The notes beneath the pieces were generated by a model. It had not been told where the DNA came from and ran no database searches. It worked only from the letters and a program-made list of their open reading frames with translations. 64,000 nucleotides of DNA from Oscillospiraceae bacterium. GTDB taxonomy: Bacteria; Bacillota; Clostridia; Oscillospirales; Ruminococcaceae. This document shows positions 26,159 through 35,919 of the stretch, in pieces. The stretch is from the NCBI GenBank assembly GCA_031548875.1, contig JAVBQQ010000013.1, forward strand, positions 16,227 through 80,226, written 5' to 3'. Position 1 is the first letter of the stretch; the number at the start of each line of letters is the position of its first letter. Made by a program: the position numbers and the translations under genes.

Positions 26159-28093
26159 ATGATGAAACGATATCGATTGGCACGCCTAGCGGTCGTTTTG
26201 CTGTTCGCATTTTCCGGGTTGTTCTCCGGGTGCAGTGAAGATACAGACACCTACAGTGGCGACCCGGTACAACCCGCGGACAACTCGAGGGAAACATGGT
26301 CTGTATTCCTGTACCTCTGCGGCACCGATCTGGAATCTGACGGCGGCTTTGCCACAGACAACCTGAACGAGCTGCTTTCGGTGCACTACACGGGCGGCGT
26401 GGATATCTATGTGCAAACCGGCGGCACGGCACAGTGGTCAAATGATTTCGTCGACCCGGGCAAGACCCAGCGCTTCCACGTGCAGGATGGCGAGACGCAG
26501 CTTGTGGATGAACAAGCACTTTCCAGCATGGGCGATCCAGATACCTTGCAAGATTTTCTCTCCTGGGGCGTGAACAATTACCCCGCGGACAAGATGGGCG
26601 TCATCTTTTGGAACCACGGTGGCGGAACACTCTCCGGTGCGGAGTTCGACGAACTGTTCGACAACGACAGCCTGACACTGGACGAACTGCAAGCGGCGTT
26701 TGGGGGTGCGCAGGAAGAGACGGGTGGCATGTTCGAATTTATCGGCTTCGACACCTGCCTGATGGCGACAGTTGAGACGGCCAACCTGCTCGCGCCCTAC
26801 GCGAACTACCTGGTCGCATCAGAGGAAACAGAACCGGGCGGCGGATGGGATTATACGAGCTGGGCGCAATATCTCTCAGACAGTCCCGGTGCCTCGGGAG
26901 CCGACCTTGGCAGGGTAATCTGCGACAGCTTCTATGAAAAATGTGCATCTTTGGACGAAGAGGCCATGGCCACTCTCTCGGTTGTAGACTTTTCCAAACT
27001 GGCACCGCTGGTGTCCGCGTTCGATGACATTTCACAGGACCTGGCAGCAAACGTAGACAAGCCCGAATATTTTGCGGGCATCTCCCGCGGGGCGGCGCGC
27101 TCGGAAAGCTACGGCGGAGATACGCCGGGTGAGGGCTACACAAACCAGGTAGATTTGGGGCATCTGGTTTCCAATATCGCAGATGTACTGCCTGACGGGT
27201 CGGCGACTACGTTGCTTTCCGCATTGGATGATGCCGTGGTCTACCAGGTGAACGGCGAGAACCGGCAAAACGCAACAGGCCTTTCCTTGTTTTTCCCCAT
27301 GACGGTGGCGGGAGACGAAGAAAACCTTGAAAAGTATGATGCGATAACCGCCAGCAGGGCATACACGTCGTTTGTGGACCAGTCCCTGTCAAACGGGCAG
27401 GATGCGGCACAGCAGGAAGATTTTGTCTCTTCTGCCACCGAACCTTATATAGACGACGACGGTATCTATTCGATGGATATCAGCCCGGAATCGATGGTGA
27501 ATGTGCAGGATGTCACATTTTCATTGTATCTGCGGGAGGGCGGGCAGTACTTGTATCTTGGCAGCGACAATGACCTCTATGTGGACTGGGATACCGGCCA
27601 TGTGGAGGACAACTTCCGCGGCGTATGGCCCACGCTGGATGGCTATTATGTTTCGTTCAACATGGTGGACAGTACAGACGAGTACATCGTCTATTCCATC
27701 CCGATATTGCTGAACGGAACACAGACCAACCTGCGCGCAACCTGGACGTGGGATGAGCCTGATTCGGAGGAAAACGCAGGTGGCCGGTTCACCGTTCTGG
27801 GAACGTGGACGGGCGTGGATATGCAAACGGGCATGGCCGAACGGGAGATAATTCCCGTCAAAGACGGAGATAGTATCATTCCGCTGTTTTATGTGTACGA
27901 CGACAAGGGCACCGAAGAGATTGTGGAGGGCGATGAGATTATCGCCAGCGGCAGCCTGCTGCTGGAAGAGCAGGAACTCTTTGCAGGCGAATACTGGTAT
28001 GCCTTCAACATCATCGACGTATATGGCAATGAAACGACGACCGATTACGCGGTGATTACAGTGGATGATGTGGGCGAGATGACGATAGAATAG
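26159..28093 (+). CDS. clostripain-family (peptidase C11) cysteine protease lipoprotein with C-terminal beta-rich domain
   Basis: Lipobox LFSGCSED after MMKRYRLARLAVVLLFAFSG. WSVFLYLCGTDLESDGG..., catalytic His context GVIFWNHGGG and catalytic Cys context FEFIGFDTCLMATVETANLLAPYANYLVASEETEPGGGWDY. Confidence 0.85.
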   Translation: MMKRYRLARLAVVLLFAFSGLFSGCSEDTDTYSGDPVQPADNSRETWSVFLYLCGTDLESDGGFATDNLNELLSVHYTGGVDIYVQTGGTAQWSNDFVDPGKTQRFHVQDGETQLVDEQALSSMGDPDTLQDFLSWGVNNYPADKMGVIFWNHGGGTLSGAEFDELFDNDSLTLDELQAAFGGAQEETGGMFEFIGFDTCLMATVETANLLAPYANYLVASEETEPGGGWDYTSWAQYLSDSPGASGADLGRVICDSFYEKCASLDEEAMATLSVVDFSKLAPLVSAFDDISQDLAANVDKPEYFAGISRGAARSESYGGDTPGEGYTNQVDLGHLVSNIADVLPDGSATTLLSALDDAVVYQVNGENRQNATGLSLFFPMTVAGDEENLEKYDAITASRAYTSFVDQSLSNGQDAAQQEDFVSSATEPYIDDDGIYSMDISPESMVNVQDVTFSLYLREGGQYLYLGSDNDLYVDWDTGHVEDNFRGVWPTLDGYYVSFNMVDSTDEYIVYSIPILLNGTQTNLRATWTWDEPDSEENAGGRFTVLGTWTGVDMQTGMAEREIIPVKDGDSIIPLFYVYDDKGTEEIVEGDEIIASGSLLLEEQELFAGEYWYAFNIIDVYGNETTTDYAVITVDDVGEMTIE

Positions 28094-28148
28094 TGGGTTT
28101 CAATTTGGTGAAAGCCAAAATATTATTGTAAGAAAGTAGGAATGATTT

Positions 28149-28415
28149 ATGGCGGCGTTGATTATTGGTATTATTGCATTGGTACTGGATATCCTTGGGT
28201 TTTTCGGTGTTCCGGGCGTTGCATTTGTTGGCTTTATAATGGGTATTATTGCCTGGGTGATAGGCAGTAAAGCCCTGAAAGCAAACCCGGGCGATGGCAA
28301 AGCCAAAGCTGGAAAGATTTTGGGCATGGTGGTTACCATACTTGGCATCATCAGCATCATTGTCAGCATCCTGCTCATTGTGGGTGTTATCGGGGCGATT
28401 GGACTGATGGCTTGA
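28149..28415 (+). CDS. small membrane protein (DUF4190-like, about 3-4 TM)
   Basis: MAALIIGIIALVLDILGFFGVPGVAFVGFIMGIIAWVIGSKALKANPGDGKAKAGKILGMVVTILGIISIIVSILLIVGVIGAIGLMA. Confidence 0.6.
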   Translation: MAALIIGIIALVLDILGFFGVPGVAFVGFIMGIIAWVIGSKALKANPGDGKAKAGKILGMVVTILGIISIIVSILLIVGVIGAIGLMA

Positions 28416-28428
28416 TGGAATAAGTTGA

Positions 28429-28459
28429 GCAGCGCAAGGGGATTACCCCTTGCGCTGCT
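28429..28459 (+). terminator. hairpin terminator after the small membrane protein gene
   Basis: Stem GCAGCGCAAGGGG/CCCCTTGCGCTGC with loop ATTA. The downstream T-run is weak (ATACGTTTG). Confidence 0.55.
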
Positions 28460-28718
28460 ATACGTTTGTCCTACAAAACACTTTGGCGACGCTACCTCTT
28501 TGTTTACTGCACTAAACCGAATCCAGCCTTCCCGCCAAACAGTAAGTACACTTTGTGATCCCACAACTTATTATTGCGGTTCGGCCACAAAATACAAGAA
28601 GCACATTTGGCCTACCATTGCTATCCGACAAAAGCATACACAAGATGCAAAGCATTATCGTTCAATGCCTGATAGGCAAATATATTGCTTTTTATCGTAT
28701 TTTACTTGTCCTTTTTCT

Positions 28719-28765
28719 CCCTCACAAAAGTCGGGGGAAAAACCGGAGCCGGTCCACCAGCTCCA
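28719..28765 (+). repeat. tRNA-Thr-3'-end-like structured motif, copy 2
   Basis: CCCTCACAAAAGTCGGGGGAAAAACCGGAGCCGGTCCACCAGCTCCA, identical to copy 1 from CACAAAAG onward. Confidence 0.85.
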
Positions 28766-29147
28766 TCTAATGCCAACAATAAAGCTGTCATGCGATTTTT
28801 TCACAATTCATCGCTTTATTGTTAGCTTTTTATTGGGATTTTTCACTTCGCACCGCGGGCTGTCATCGGCGTCCATTTGCGAACTGAACCTGCAGGGATA
28901 GCTTTGTCAAAGAACTTGGCGCTGAATAATGGCAATCATATTTGCAGCGTTCAGTTTTCTTTTTCAACCTCTATAGATCTACGGCAGAGATCAATCCGAA
29001 CAATGCACAATAGACAATCACTGATTTTATGTTATATGGAATGCCACTAAGTATAACAACCAAATTATCGTCAATCGTAATTATTATTCAATCAACTCTA
29101 CTGGCGGCACACACGAAAACATATCACGGAATATACGATGAAAAAGA

Positions 29148-29396
29148 GTGGTCACGTTCTTCATGGCCCTTGCACTGTGTGCCACCACGCTAGTGAGTGT
29201 ACTGCTCGCGGCGACAGGTGTGGGCGCGGCCAGCGCAGCTTCCGCGGATAACCAACCCGCATCCCAGTATTTCGGCGTGAGCGCCGACGCCATCGTGGCG
29301 GAACTGTCGGCCCACGAGGGCGACGGGTACTACCTGGAGACACCGTATCGGGACATCAACACTAGTTTTACAGATGCCCAAAATAGATTGCTTTGA
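29148..29396 (+). pseudogene. N-terminal fragment of a secreted protein (signal peptide plus about 50 aa), probably a remnant
   Basis: VVTFFMALALCATTLVSVLLAATGVGAASA, then SADNQPASQYFGVSADAIVAELSAHEGDGYYLETPY..., then stop. An upstream ATGAAAAAG is one nucleotide out of frame. Confidence 0.3.
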
Positions 29397-29562
29397 GGTG
29401 ATGAATGAAGTTCTTGCAAGCCGGGCGGCTTTCGCGACCCGGTTTTCCTATGCGACCGTGCGAAAACCTCGCGTGCACATTGTGCCCTGCCGTCAACTTA
29501 CGCTTTGTGCTATAATAAACCCATTGAAAAGAACGTCTATTTCCCGGAAAGGCGGCTTCACA

Positions 29563-31080
29563 ATGACCATCACCCTCTGCATGTTGCTGGACATGCTGAT
29601 GTACAAATACCCCGGGATGGGAATTGGAAACTACCACTCCTGCCCGGTGAACGGCGTGAAGGTGCTGCCTGCCCATCCGGAAGATTTTGCCGCGGGCTTC
29701 CTGTACGTGGGTGGAGAGGATGGCCGGGTGGTGCTGCGCTGTGGCGAGGGGCAGGATGTGCGCATCGAGACGGATCTGTCCTTTGACCGGGTGTTCAACG
29801 AACTGCAGGACGATTACTCCACTCTGCGGGATTGGGACATGCACATGCACCTTGCGCTCATACAGGATGGTTCTGTGCAGGATCTCATCGATTTAAGCCT
29901 GCCCATATTGCAGAACCCCCTTACATTTTTGGACCCCAGCTTCAAGCTGGTGGCGTATACGAAGGATGTTTCTACGCCCGCCAAGATATTCCACGATATC
30001 TTGAAATATGGCTGTCTGCCCGCCAAGACCGTGGAGATGTATGAGCGCACCGGCTTTTTCTCCACACTGCTGGAAGCAGGCGGGGAACAATTTTCGCGTA
30101 CTGCGCCCAGCTACATCTCGGTCATCCATGCCATCCAGTTGGATGGCAGTGTGGCGGGTTATCTTTCCATGCCCTGCACAGGCCGCTACTATACCGAGGG
30201 CGAGGCAGAGTTGTTCGAGGTGCTGTGCGAGAATGTGAAGGCCTATCTGACTAGTGAATTGAAAAACCAAACGGTGAGCCGGTACATGTACGAATACCTG
30301 CTTGCCGATCTGCTGGATGCGAAAGAGATGGACAACAGCAACCTTTCTGAACGGGCGCGGTATATCGGCCTGCCGTTGAAAAGCCAGTTTCGCCTTCTGA
30401 AGGTCTTTCGTGCAAAACACGACCCCCTGCTGCTAGAATTTCACGTGCGGAAACTGGCTGACATGCTGCCGACAGATCGCGTGTTTGTGCACAAAAAGGA
30501 GCCCTACATCCTGCTGGATTCCCGCCGCAAATACGCCTCGCCCGAAGAACATCTTGTCCACGCGCTGGGTGTGTTGGAGCCTTTTCTGGATAAGGAGAAC
30601 ATCTATTGCGGTGTCAGCCGCCCGTTTGAGAAGCTGGCCGACATCCGATACGCAAGCGCCGAGGCGGATGCCGCCATTCACCTTGGCCTGCGGGTGGAGA
30701 AACTGGAAACGCTGCGTAAGTTGGGCATTGAAACGGTGCCACCCCAGCCAGGTGTGTTCCAGTATGAGGGCTATGCCCTGCACCATATGGTGGAAGCTTG
30801 CAGCCGGGACATCCCTCTGGAGCGGTTGTGCTTTTTGCCACTTTTACGGCTGGTTCGTGCCGACCGCAAGGACAAGACCAACCACACACAGGTGCTGCAT
30901 GCTTATCTGCGCGCCGAACGGCGCGTGTCTAAGGCTGCCGAGACGCTGCATATGCACCGCAACAACGTTGTGTATCGCATCGAAAAAATCGAAGACATGC
31001 TGCACATCAGCCTGGGGGAGGAGCAGACCCGTCGCCAGCTGGAACTGTCCTTCGTGATTCTTGAACTGATGGAACTGTAG
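29563..31080 (+). CDS. PucR-family transcriptional regulator
   Basis: C-terminal PucR HTH: AAETLHMHRNNVVYRIEKIEDMLHISLGEEQTRRQLELSFVILEL. ATG at 29563 (MTITLCMLLDMLM...) is the likely start; the upstream part of the track ORF looks non-coding. Confidence 0.8.
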   Translation: MTITLCMLLDMLMYKYPGMGIGNYHSCPVNGVKVLPAHPEDFAAGFLYVGGEDGRVVLRCGEGQDVRIETDLSFDRVFNELQDDYSTLRDWDMHMHLALIQDGSVQDLIDLSLPILQNPLTFLDPSFKLVAYTKDVSTPAKIFHDILKYGCLPAKTVEMYERTGFFSTLLEAGGEQFSRTAPSYISVIHAIQLDGSVAGYLSMPCTGRYYTEGEAELFEVLCENVKAYLTSELKNQTVSRYMYEYLLADLLDAKEMDNSNLSERARYIGLPLKSQFRLLKVFRAKHDPLLLEFHVRKLADMLPTDRVFVHKKEPYILLDSRRKYASPEEHLVHALGVLEPFLDKENIYCGVSRPFEKLADIRYASAEADAAIHLGLRVEKLETLRKLGIETVPPQPGVFQYEGYALHHMVEACSRDIPLERLCFLPLLRLVRADRKDKTNHTQVLHAYLRAERRVSKAAETLHMHRNNVVYRIEKIEDMLHISLGEEQTRRQLELSFVILELMEL

Positions 31081-31123
31081 GTAGTACTGGTTTTGCCCCG
31101 TTCCTAATAGGCCAGGCCACCCC

Positions 31124-31152
31124 GACCCTTGCGATAGGCAGGGGTTTTTTAT
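31124..31152 (+). terminator. intrinsic terminator after the PucR gene
   Basis: Stem CCCTTGC/GCAGGGG followed by TTTTTTATTTGTTTTT. Confidence 0.6.
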
Positions 31153-31361
31153 TTGTTTTTCTTGCAAAGGAGAAAACGGATACTATCGTCATGTATTCGA
31201 AAATAATCGCAGATAATCCCTCTTTTTGTCCGCAGCATAATGCACAATGAGAACGCTGTGTTCGCCACACAGGATGTTGAGAAATGCAATTGTTCCTTCG
31301 TCCTGCAATCCGTACAATAAAGTTGCCGTTATTTGAATACCAGCGATAAGGAGGGACACAG

Positions 31362-31589
31362 GTGAACAAGATCATCATCAATCGGGAGCTGTGCAACAGC
31401 TGCAAGATCTGCTTCAAGTCCTGCTTTGTGGACGTCATCAAGTGGGACGACGAAACGAAGAAACCCATCGAAGCGTACCCCGAAGACTGTGTGCAGTGCA
31501 TGTTCTGCGAGATCAACTGCCCCCAGTACGCGGTGAAGGTGGTGGAGGACTACAAGAGCTACAACTTCCCCAAAGACAGCCTGCTGTGA
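31362..31589 (+). CDS. 2x[4Fe-4S] ferredoxin-domain protein
   Basis: GTG start after AGGAGGGA. Two cluster motifs: CNSCKICFKSC and CVQCMFCEINCP. Confidence 0.8.
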   Translation: MNKIIINRELCNSCKICFKSCFVDVIKWDDETKKPIEAYPEDCVQCMFCEINCPQYAVKVVEDYKSYNFPKDSLL

Positions 31590-31635
31590 GGAACCGGGGC
31601 GGCATGTGTGCACGCCCCAGAAAGGATGATTAAGT

Positions 31636-33375
31636 ATGGCACAAAACAAGAGTTGCGACGTGCTGGTGGTGGGCGGCAGCCTGGCGGGCCTGGCCGCGGC
31701 CATCACCGCCAAGGAATCGGACCCCGCGCTGGATGTGTTGGTGGCTGAAAAATATACCACCGGCTACGCCGGCAAGGCCAACCGCGGCGCCGGCATCATG
31801 TGCATGCGGGGAGACTACACGACCGAGCAGTTCATGGAGTACCAGATCTCCCGCATCGGCAAATACTTGAACGACCAGGACGCCTTGCGCCAGTATGCGG
31901 ACAACCTGAACGCAGGCGTGGAGGCGTTGGACAAATGGTCCGGCGGGAAGTTTGACAAAAATCCGGACGGTTCCCTCAAAACCCTCAAATGGCGCAGCCA
32001 GATCACCGGCGAGGACGCAAACGGCAAGCGCACCTTCAACGAGGATAACGAGTACCCCTGGACGCTGGCCGCCATTGAGCTGGACTACCTTCCCAATGTG
32101 CGCAAGTATGCCACCAAGCTGGGCGTGAAATTCATCGATCGGGTGGGCATCGTGGATCTGTTGCTGGACAGCGGGAAGATCAGCGGCGCCGTAGGCTATG
32201 ACATCGACTCGGGCGAGCAGATCGTGTTCAGCGCCAAGGCCGTAGTGCTGGCCTGCGGCTGCCAAAACTACCGCATCATGCCCATGTGGAGCCCCGGGCG
32301 CGGCGAGGGCGTTGCCGCCGCCTGGCGCGCGGGCGCGAAGCTTGCCAACGGCGAGTTCGGCTCCTTCTACAACTGGGTATCGCCCTGGAACTTTGAATCC
32401 AACATGGGTGTGGAGTACGCGCTGTACAACGACAAGGGCGAAAACGTGGGTCTGCAACACACGAAGGAGCCCCACCCGGACATCGACCAGGATAGCCTGG
32501 CCGAATGGTACAAACAGGTGCGGGCAGGCAACGGCCCCATGCACTACCATGTGCAGGAGAATATCCTGATGCCCTACCTCACCTCGGTGCTGGCTTCCGA
32601 CGCGTATTATGACCGCCCCTATGCCGACCGCTTCTGGGGCTACCTTTTCTTCAACGCCTTCTCCCAGCAGCCCACCGATGAGGTGGTCCCCGGCCTGATC
32701 GCCGAATACGGCCCGGTGCAGGTGGATCTGAACATGGCCACCAACGTGCCCGGCCTGTACGCCGCCGGCGATATCTGCTACGGCGGCACCCGCGGCTTCG
32801 GCGCGGTGCCGGTATCGCCCGGGCGCATCCGGGGCGCGGGGCTCGCCTTCGCCACCTATTCGGGCCGCATGGCGGGCCCGGCCGTGGCAAAATATGCGGG
32901 GGGCACCACACAGGGCACTATCTTCGACGCGCAGGTGCAGGAGATCGACGAGCGGTTCACTTCGCCGGCCAAACGTGCCAAAAGCGCGGACAGCATGACC
33001 GTGAACGAGTTTGTATCCGAGATCCAAGAGGTGGTGGAGCCGCTGGGCAACAGCCTCTACCGCAGCGAGGAGCGCATGCAGAAGGCGCTGGCCCGCGTGC
33101 TGGAACTGAAGGCGATGAAGGACAGGGTCGTCGCAAAAGACCCGCACCACCTGTTCGGATGCAATGAGGTCGAGGCCATGTTACTGTGCGCCGAGATGTT
33201 CTTCCGGGTATCCCTTGAGCGCAAGGAAAGCATCGGCTGGTTCCTGCGGGAGGACTGCCCCGAACCCTCGGGCAAACTGCAATGGTATGTGGTGGAAAAC
33301 AAGGGCGATGGTGAGCCTGTCATCAAAATGGAAGACGTGCCGCTGGCAAGCTACGCGTATAAACCCAGCGTGTGA
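31636..33375 (+). CDS. FAD-binding flavoprotein oxidoreductase (fumarate reductase / succinate dehydrogenase flavoprotein-like, FAD_binding_2)
   Basis: CDVLVVGGSLAGLAAAITAKE (dinucleotide-binding motif) ... GKANRGAGIM ... VPGLYAAGDICYGG. Paired with the upstream small ferredoxin. Confidence 0.8.
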   Translation: MAQNKSCDVLVVGGSLAGLAAAITAKESDPALDVLVAEKYTTGYAGKANRGAGIMCMRGDYTTEQFMEYQISRIGKYLNDQDALRQYADNLNAGVEALDKWSGGKFDKNPDGSLKTLKWRSQITGEDANGKRTFNEDNEYPWTLAAIELDYLPNVRKYATKLGVKFIDRVGIVDLLLDSGKISGAVGYDIDSGEQIVFSAKAVVLACGCQNYRIMPMWSPGRGEGVAAAWRAGAKLANGEFGSFYNWVSPWNFESNMGVEYALYNDKGENVGLQHTKEPHPDIDQDSLAEWYKQVRAGNGPMHYHVQENILMPYLTSVLASDAYYDRPYADRFWGYLFFNAFSQQPTDEVVPGLIAEYGPVQVDLNMATNVPGLYAAGDICYGGTRGFGAVPVSPGRIRGAGLAFATYSGRMAGPAVAKYAGGTTQGTIFDAQVQEIDERFTSPAKRAKSADSMTVNEFVSEIQEVVEPLGNSLYRSEERMQKALARVLELKAMKDRVVAKDPHHLFGCNEVEAMLLCAEMFFRVSLERKESIGWFLREDCPEPSGKLQWYVVENKGDGEPVIKMEDVPLASYAYKPSV

Positions 33376-33392
33376 GAGGAGGAAAGACAACA

Positions 33393-34232
33393 ATGGCTGA
33401 AAATCTGAGACCCCTGCGGCCGGACCAGGAAGCCCTGCCGTATGCAAAATACTACTACCGCGATGTGGCTCCCCCAAATCCTAAGCTCATTGCCGAGCTG
33501 AACAAGGGGCCAATGGACCCGGACAAGGCCCTGCCCCTGGATGATATCAACCAGATACTGGATCCCGGCTATCACGAGGTGGAGACCGGCTACTGCGTGC
33601 TGCCCAGCGGCATGGGTTACCTGTGCGTGAACAACGCGTTCCCCGGTGTCACCATCGAGATGCTGCGCTGGTGGTTCGCATGGCATGCTGCGGGCGGCAA
33701 CCTGCGCTACCAGATCTGGTATCCGCCAAGGCACTCGGCCATCGCCGTGGCCGACCAGGACAAACGCAAGATCCTCGACCCGAACGTGCCGCTGAAAGAC
33801 AAGTACGTGGACGTGAGCCACTTCGTGGTGGAGGATATTGGCGGCGGCGATGAGGACATCGTCATCCACTTCATGCGGCCGGAGAATATGGGCTTCGACA
33901 AGGCGAAGTTTGAAGCATCGCCCACCGTTGAGGTGTTCGGCGGCTACGGCGTGACCGAGTCGCACCAACGTTTAGGCAACAAGGCGCCCGCCGTGATGAT
34001 GCACACGGTGCGGGAGATCGAGGGTGGCATGGAGTTCCGCACCCGCTTTTACATGGGCGCGCGCATCGTGGATGGCAAGCCCCGCTGCGTGCTGCCGCCG
34101 GGCGTACAGCTGCCGGTACAGGTGCCTATGGGTCTCGCCTACCACAACGTAGAGGAGTATTCGAATCTCGCGTCCTTCCTACCCGAGATTTATGCAGAGT
34201 TTGGAGACAAACCGCTGGATTATGAAGGATGA
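33393..34232 (+). CDS. DAPG hydrolase (PhlG) / phloretin hydrolase family C-C bond hydrolase
   Basis: PMDPDKALPLDDINQILDPGYHEVETGYCVLPSGMGYLCVNNAFPGVTIEMLRWWFAWHAAGGNLRYQIWYPPRHSAIAV...VVEDIGGG...MMHTVREIEGGMEFRTRFYMG...GLAYHNVEEYSNLASFLPEIY. The WWFxWH...RYxIWxP block is recalled from PhlG-family sequences. Confidence 0.7.
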   Translation: MAENLRPLRPDQEALPYAKYYYRDVAPPNPKLIAELNKGPMDPDKALPLDDINQILDPGYHEVETGYCVLPSGMGYLCVNNAFPGVTIEMLRWWFAWHAAGGNLRYQIWYPPRHSAIAVADQDKRKILDPNVPLKDKYVDVSHFVVEDIGGGDEDIVIHFMRPENMGFDKAKFEASPTVEVFGGYGVTESHQRLGNKAPAVMMHTVREIEGGMEFRTRFYMGARIVDGKPRCVLPPGVQLPVQVPMGLAYHNVEEYSNLASFLPEIYAEFGDKPLDYEG

Positions 34233-34363
34233 TTTTTGGCAGTGCCAACCATCTTTCCTGCTGGGCCAGGGCCCTGTTCACCTTGGGTGAATAGGGCCTT
34301 TGCCCACAGGTGCCAGTCGAATGATCAATCCGATAAAAAATCACAAACATCAGGAGGAAGACT

Positions 34364-35917
34364 ATGAAGGCAATCAAAACCGATGTCGCGATCATGGGCA
34401 GTGGCGTCGCCGGAATGGGGGCTGCCTACAAGCTGGCAAATGCCGGCCTGAAGGTGGACGTATTCGAAAAATACCCCACCCAGGGCGGTGCCGTTTCCAA
34501 CTGCCCCATGTGTTTCTGCTCCACCCCCGATACCCCGGAGGCCCAGAAACGCGCCTTTGAGGTGTTGGCCCGTTTCTCCAACTACACCGCCAACCTGGGT
34601 CTTGTTTCCAAGGTGGTCAAGTATTCCTCCGAGCTGCCCGACCTAATTCTGGAGAAGCTGAATATCAAGGCGCCTTTCGTGGTCGAGCGGCCGCCCGCCG
34701 ACTACGGCAACCAGCGCGGCTATACGATGGGCCACGCCAACGGGCTGGACGTGGGCGACATCTACTTCATCGAGGGCCGCGGCGAGGGCCACGCCATGGC
34801 CCTGGCGCTGTTGCGGCTGCGCCTCATGCTGGAAAAACAGGGCGTGGAATTCCACTTCTCCACCCCCATCAAAAGCATCATCCGGGGTGCGGACGGCGTC
34901 GTCACCGGCGCCATCGCCTGCGAGAGGGACAACGAGAAGGAAGAGACCCAGATCGAATGCAAGGCGCTCATCGTCGCTTCCGGCGGCATCACCGGCAACA
35001 TCCCCATGATGAAAGAGCTGGGCGTCCTCAACACGAAATATGAGGAGTACTACAAGGACGGCTATCTCGTCAACATCACCTTCCCCGACAGCTGCCAGGA
35101 TGGCGACGGGCAGAAGGCCGTGTGGGAGATTGGCGGCAAGAAGGGCGGCATTGTCATCAGCGCCGACCCACAGGTGCCGAATCCCGGCGTCCGTGTGGGC
35201 CCCAACACGCCCTGGCTGGCCGCCAACCAGACCAAGATCATCACCGAGCAGCCGTATCTGCGCGTCAACGAGCTGGGTAGGCGCTTCATCAACGAGGAGA
35301 TGTGCAACAACCACTCCGCCATGTCCTCCGCCGCCGCGCTGAACGCCCCCGACATGGCCTTCTATATGATCTTTGACGAGGATACCGCGGGGCACCTGTC
35401 CGAGGGCGTGGAGGACGGCTACGTCTACTTCATCTTCAAGGACATGAAGGTAGAGAACATACGCGGGCAGATGGACGAGGCCATCGCCAAGGGCAACAAG
35501 CACATGTGCCACTTCGATTCGATCCATGAGGTCTGCGAATACATGGGCATCGACGAAGAGGGCCTTAAAAAAACCATCGATAGGTACAACCATGCCGCCG
35601 AGATCGGCTATGACGAGGACTTCAAGACCGATCCCAAGTACATCCGCCCCGTGCGCGAGGAGAGCGGCCACATCTACTGCTACCGCATCCTCCCTGGCGG
35701 CTACGACACCCTGGGTGGCCTTATCATCGACGAGAACGCCAATGTGCTCGACGCAAACAACATGCCCATTGAGGGCCTGTATGCCGCCGGCGACATGACG
35801 GCCGGCAGCCTGTACGGCGATGCCCCCTCCAACGCCGGCGGTACCGTGTATGGTTCCATGCCCATCGGCATGATTGCGGGCGACGCTGCCGCTATTTATG
35901 TGAAGGGAGAGAACTGA
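34364..35917 (+). CDS. FAD-dependent oxidoreductase (flavocytochrome-c-type fumarate reductase / ene-reductase-like, FAD_binding_2)
   Basis: TDVAIMGSGVAGMGAAYKLANAGLKVDVFEK...ALIVASGGITGN...GGLIIDENANVLDANNMPIEGLYAAGDMTAGSLYG. Confidence 0.8.
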   Translation: MKAIKTDVAIMGSGVAGMGAAYKLANAGLKVDVFEKYPTQGGAVSNCPMCFCSTPDTPEAQKRAFEVLARFSNYTANLGLVSKVVKYSSELPDLILEKLNIKAPFVVERPPADYGNQRGYTMGHANGLDVGDIYFIEGRGEGHAMALALLRLRLMLEKQGVEFHFSTPIKSIIRGADGVVTGAIACERDNEKEETQIECKALIVASGGITGNIPMMKELGVLNTKYEEYYKDGYLVNITFPDSCQDGDGQKAVWEIGGKKGGIVISADPQVPNPGVRVGPNTPWLAANQTKIITEQPYLRVNELGRRFINEEMCNNHSAMSSAAALNAPDMAFYMIFDEDTAGHLSEGVEDGYVYFIFKDMKVENIRGQMDEAIAKGNKHMCHFDSIHEVCEYMGIDEEGLKKTIDRYNHAAEIGYDEDFKTDPKYIRPVREESGHIYCYRILPGGYDTLGGLIIDENANVLDANNMPIEGLYAAGDMTAGSLYGDAPSNAGGTVYGSMPIGMIAGDAAAIYVKGEN

Positions 35918-35919
35918 CT

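Noticed and set aside
31630-35671. 506-aa and 342-aa minus-strand ORFs opposite the two flavoprotein genes
   Set aside because: They are antisense artefacts. The + strand frames carry FAD-binding motifs.
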